Assembly (NCBI RefSeq): GCF_000527095.1
Contig: NZ_AZUN01000001.1
Coordinates: 934,772 to 998,771 of the forward strand
Direction: 5' to 3'
Source: Methylomicrobium lacus LW14
GTDB lineage: Bacteria > Pseudomonadota > Gammaproteobacteria > Methylococcales > Methylomonadaceae
Length of the DNA: 64,000 nucleotides
Of the stretch, positions 61,811 through 64,000 are shown piece after piece; position 1 is the stretch's first letter, and each line of letters begins with the position of its first letter. Under the pieces are notes generated by a model. It ran no database searches and was not told the DNA's origin. It saw only the letters and a list, made by a program, of their open reading frames with translations. A program made the position numbers and the translations under genes.

Positions 61811-63306
61811 GAGGGTTCCTTTGCATTCATGTTTTGAATCACTTGTTGCAGCGCCGGCGCCGAAATATCCAATACGGTCTGGGGATGTAGGCCAAGCCAG
61901 ACCGAGGCCAGTATCAGCACACCCAGCGATGACAGTTCAAGGATGCCGCAATCGGTCAAAATCGGCCGCTTTTGCAAGGGGCCGTGACACGCTTTCTGGA
62001 TAATGATCAGCGCATAGACCGGCGCCAGGATTAACGCAAGGGCGGCCACGGAGGTGACTATCGGATTCACTTTAAAGGCGCCCAGAAGCACCAGAAATTC
62101 GCCGATGAAATTCCCAAGGCCTGGAAGCCCCAGCGTGGCCATCACAAAGAACAGCATGAACGCCGACAGTCGCGGTACGGCCTGCCACATACCGCTCATA
62201 TCTCCAAATTCCCGGCTATGCAGGCGTTTTTGCAGGAAACCCGCGATCATGAATAAGGCTCCAGCGCTCAGGCCGTGCGCGAGCATCGTGACGACCGCCC
62301 CCTGCATCGCCAGCAGGTTCCAGGAAAATAACCCCAGCAGGATGAACCCCATGTGACTGACGCTGGTATAGGCGACCAGCCGTTTGATATCGGACTGAGC
62401 ATAAGCCATCATTGCGGCATAAAGCACACTCACGGCACCCAGCGTCATCGCGATCGGGGCAAAGCGATGCGCCGCATCCGGGAACAGCGGGATCACGAAA
62501 CGCAACAGGCCGTAGGCGCCGGTCTTCAGCAAGACACCGGCCAGGATGATGCTGCCGCCGGTGGGGGCCTGCGTATGCGCGTCCGGCAGCCAGGTATGGA
62601 ATGGCACGGCGGGTAGCTTGACCGTAAAGGCGATCAGAAAGCCGAGCATCAGCCAATCGGCAAGCTTGGGTTCGAGCGGGACATTCAGCAAGGCGAAATA
62701 ATCGAACGAAAAGGCGCCACTACGCTGATAATTGACCAGCACCAGCACGATGATCGCGAGCAGCATCAAGAGGCTGCTGACTTGCGTGAAGATTACAAAT
62801 TTGATTGCCGCGTAAGTCCGGTTTTCATGCCCCCAGATGCTGATCAGAAAATACATCGGGATAATCATCACTTCCCAGAACAAAAAGAACAGGAAGAGAT
62901 CGACCGCCAGAAACACCCCGACGGTGCCAGCCAGGCAGGCTAGTAGGTTGAAGTAGTAGAATCCTGTCCGCTTGCCGATTTCGGTCCAGGAACAGCAGAC
63001 CGCCATCCATCCGAGCAGAACTGTCAGCGCTATCAAAAGCAGACTGAGGCCATCGGCGGCCAAATGGAAACCGATGCCGAAGCGCAGAATCCAGGGCAGG
63101 TCGAGTTCGGTCAGCCATGCCGCCGGCCTGCCCGGAAGCGGGATTTCCGCGGCGTGGTTGCCGGTCAATTGAGAGGCGGCCAGCCATGCTTCCAAGGCGA
63201 GTGTAACAATGGCGGTCCAGCGCGGCGCATTCGCATGCCAGCGCGCCGAAATCCAGGCGGCGAGCCCGCCTACAAACAGAACGGCGATCAATGAGGGCAA
63301 GATCAT
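61792..63306 (-). CDS. nuoM: NADH-quinone oxidoreductase subunit M
   Basis: FFLFWEVMIIPMYFLI and other NuoM/ND4 signatures. Start at ATG 63306, immediately after the nuoL stop. Confidence 0.9.
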   Translation of the reverse strand: MILPSLIAVLFVGGLAAWISARWHANAPRWTAIVTLALEAWLAASQLTGNHAAEIPLPGRPAAWLTELDLPWILRFGIGFHLAADGLSLLLIALTVLLGWMAVCCSWTEIGKRTGFYYFNLLACLAGTVGVFLAVDLFLFFLFWEVMIIPMYFLISIWGHENRTYAAIKFVIFTQVSSLLMLLAIIVLVLVNYQRSGAFSFDYFALLNVPLEPKLADWLMLGFLIAFTVKLPAVPFHTWLPDAHTQAPTGGSIILAGVLLKTGAYGLLRFVIPLFPDAAHRFAPIAMTLGAVSVLYAAMMAYAQSDIKRLVAYTSVSHMGFILLGLFSWNLLAMQGAVVTMLAHGLSAGALFMIAGFLQKRLHSREFGDMSGMWQAVPRLSAFMLFFVMATLGLPGLGNFIGEFLVLLGAFKVNPIVTSVAALALILAPVYALIIIQKACHGPLQKRPILTDCGILELSSLGVLILASVWLGLHPQTVLDISAPALQQVIQNMNAKEPSWTLIR

Positions 63307-64000
63307 GACAGCAGTCCTATCGCGATCACGACGACCGTACCGAATGCCATCGACGAAGCATACCAACGGATACGTCCGGTTTGCGTGGCGCTGGTCAGGC
63401 GGTGCAATTGTCGGCTCAGCCAGGCAATGCCGAGGTACAACTTGTCGACCGCATCGTTTTTATTCAGGGCAGCGAGGGTTTTAAAAGGCCTGATCAGCAC
63501 GGCGCCGTAAATCGCATCGAGGCCCCAGCCGGTCAAAAATAAGCGATTTAACAGCCTGGCCCCAGGTAAATTAACAAAATTGGCTGCCGAAAACGTGCCG
63601 GTCAGATAGAACAGTCCCGCGATCGCGACCCCGAGAATCGGCGCCGCCAGGGTTATGATCGAAACGAGCGTAGCGTTTTGCCCGGGATTTTGTTCGCTCA
63701 AGGCCGGAAATACCGTATCCAGCGGGATTTGCAGCAATCCCCCACACAGCGCCAAAACGCTCAGCAGTACGAGAGGAATAGTCATACGTCCGCCGATTTT
63801 CTTTTCGATCTCCCGCGTTGGCTTGCCGAAAAACACCACAAACACCAGACGAAAGCTGTAGATGCCGGTGATCAACGCGCCCAGGCAGCCAGCCCCCCAC
63901 AGGATGTGGGAGGTTTCGTAGGCGGCCAGTAAAATTTCGTGCTTGCTGTAAAATCCAGAAGTAAAAGGCAGCGCGGTCAGCGCGGCACTGCCGATCATAA
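63303..64000 (-). CDS. nuoL: NADH-quinone oxidoreductase subunit L (3' portion; 5' end beyond window)
   Basis: FTSGFYSKHEILLAAYE plus C-terminal NuoL helices. The ORF is open at the window edge. Confidence 0.85.
   Translation of the reverse strand, partial: MIGSAALTALPFTSGFYSKHEILLAAYETSHILWGAGCLGALITGIYSFRLVFVVFFGKPTREIEKKIGGRMTIPLVLLSVLALCGGLLQIPLDTVFPALSEQNPGQNATLVSIITLAAPILGVAIAGLFYLTGTFSAANFVNLPGARLLNRLFLTGWGLDAIYGAVLIRPFKTLAALNKNDAVDKLYLGIAWLSRQLHRLTSATQTGRIRWYASSMAFGTVVVIAIGLLS

Overview
This is a 64-kb chromosomal segment with roughly 55% GC, most consistent with a gammaproteobacterial methanotroph of the Methylococcales; the organism assignment is inference from gene content. The main pointer is a sterol-biosynthesis operon encoding a CYP51-ferredoxin fusion P450, an NTF2-like protein, oxidosqualene cyclase and squalene monooxygenase.

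Positions 1-42,000 are mostly core genome:
- bacterioferritin, a class I aminotransferase and uvrB;
- a stressosome-like module (globin-coupled RsbR-like sensor, RsbS-like STAS protein, RsbT-like kinase, and a small PP2C phosphatase broken by a 10-bp tandem duplication);
- carbamate kinase, an arylsulfatase cluster with a DUF1254/DUF1214 protein and an OprB-like porin, and an octahaem c-type cytochrome fused to TPR repeats;
- two FixL/FixJ-like two-component pairs, a DUF4105 protein with a lipoprotein alpha/beta hydrolase, an SPFH protein facing a Tim44-like pair, a GH63-like glycosidase, and hsp20 behind a sigma32-type promoter.

Positions 42,200-60,400 look like an accessory, compositionally patchy region:
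- an ISAs1-family transposase;
- a secreted repeat protein and a Tus-like (replication terminus-binding) protein beside an AT-rich islet;
- an M12B-like metalloprotease with PKD domains;
- an ~8.7-kb Tn5053/Tn552-like transposon (TniA-like DDE transposase, TniB-like AAA ATPase, serine resolvase) bounded by ~165-bp multi-site inverted repeats. It carries a 1149-aa secreted protein with a dockerin-like C-terminus and sits 6 bp downstream of the nuoN stop codon.

The window ends with the 3' end of the nuo operon (nuoL partial, nuoM, nuoN). The transposon has two internal tandem duplications, 215 bp splitting tniA and 416 bp duplicating one end plus the tniB 3' end. No rRNA, tRNA or CRISPR array was recognised.
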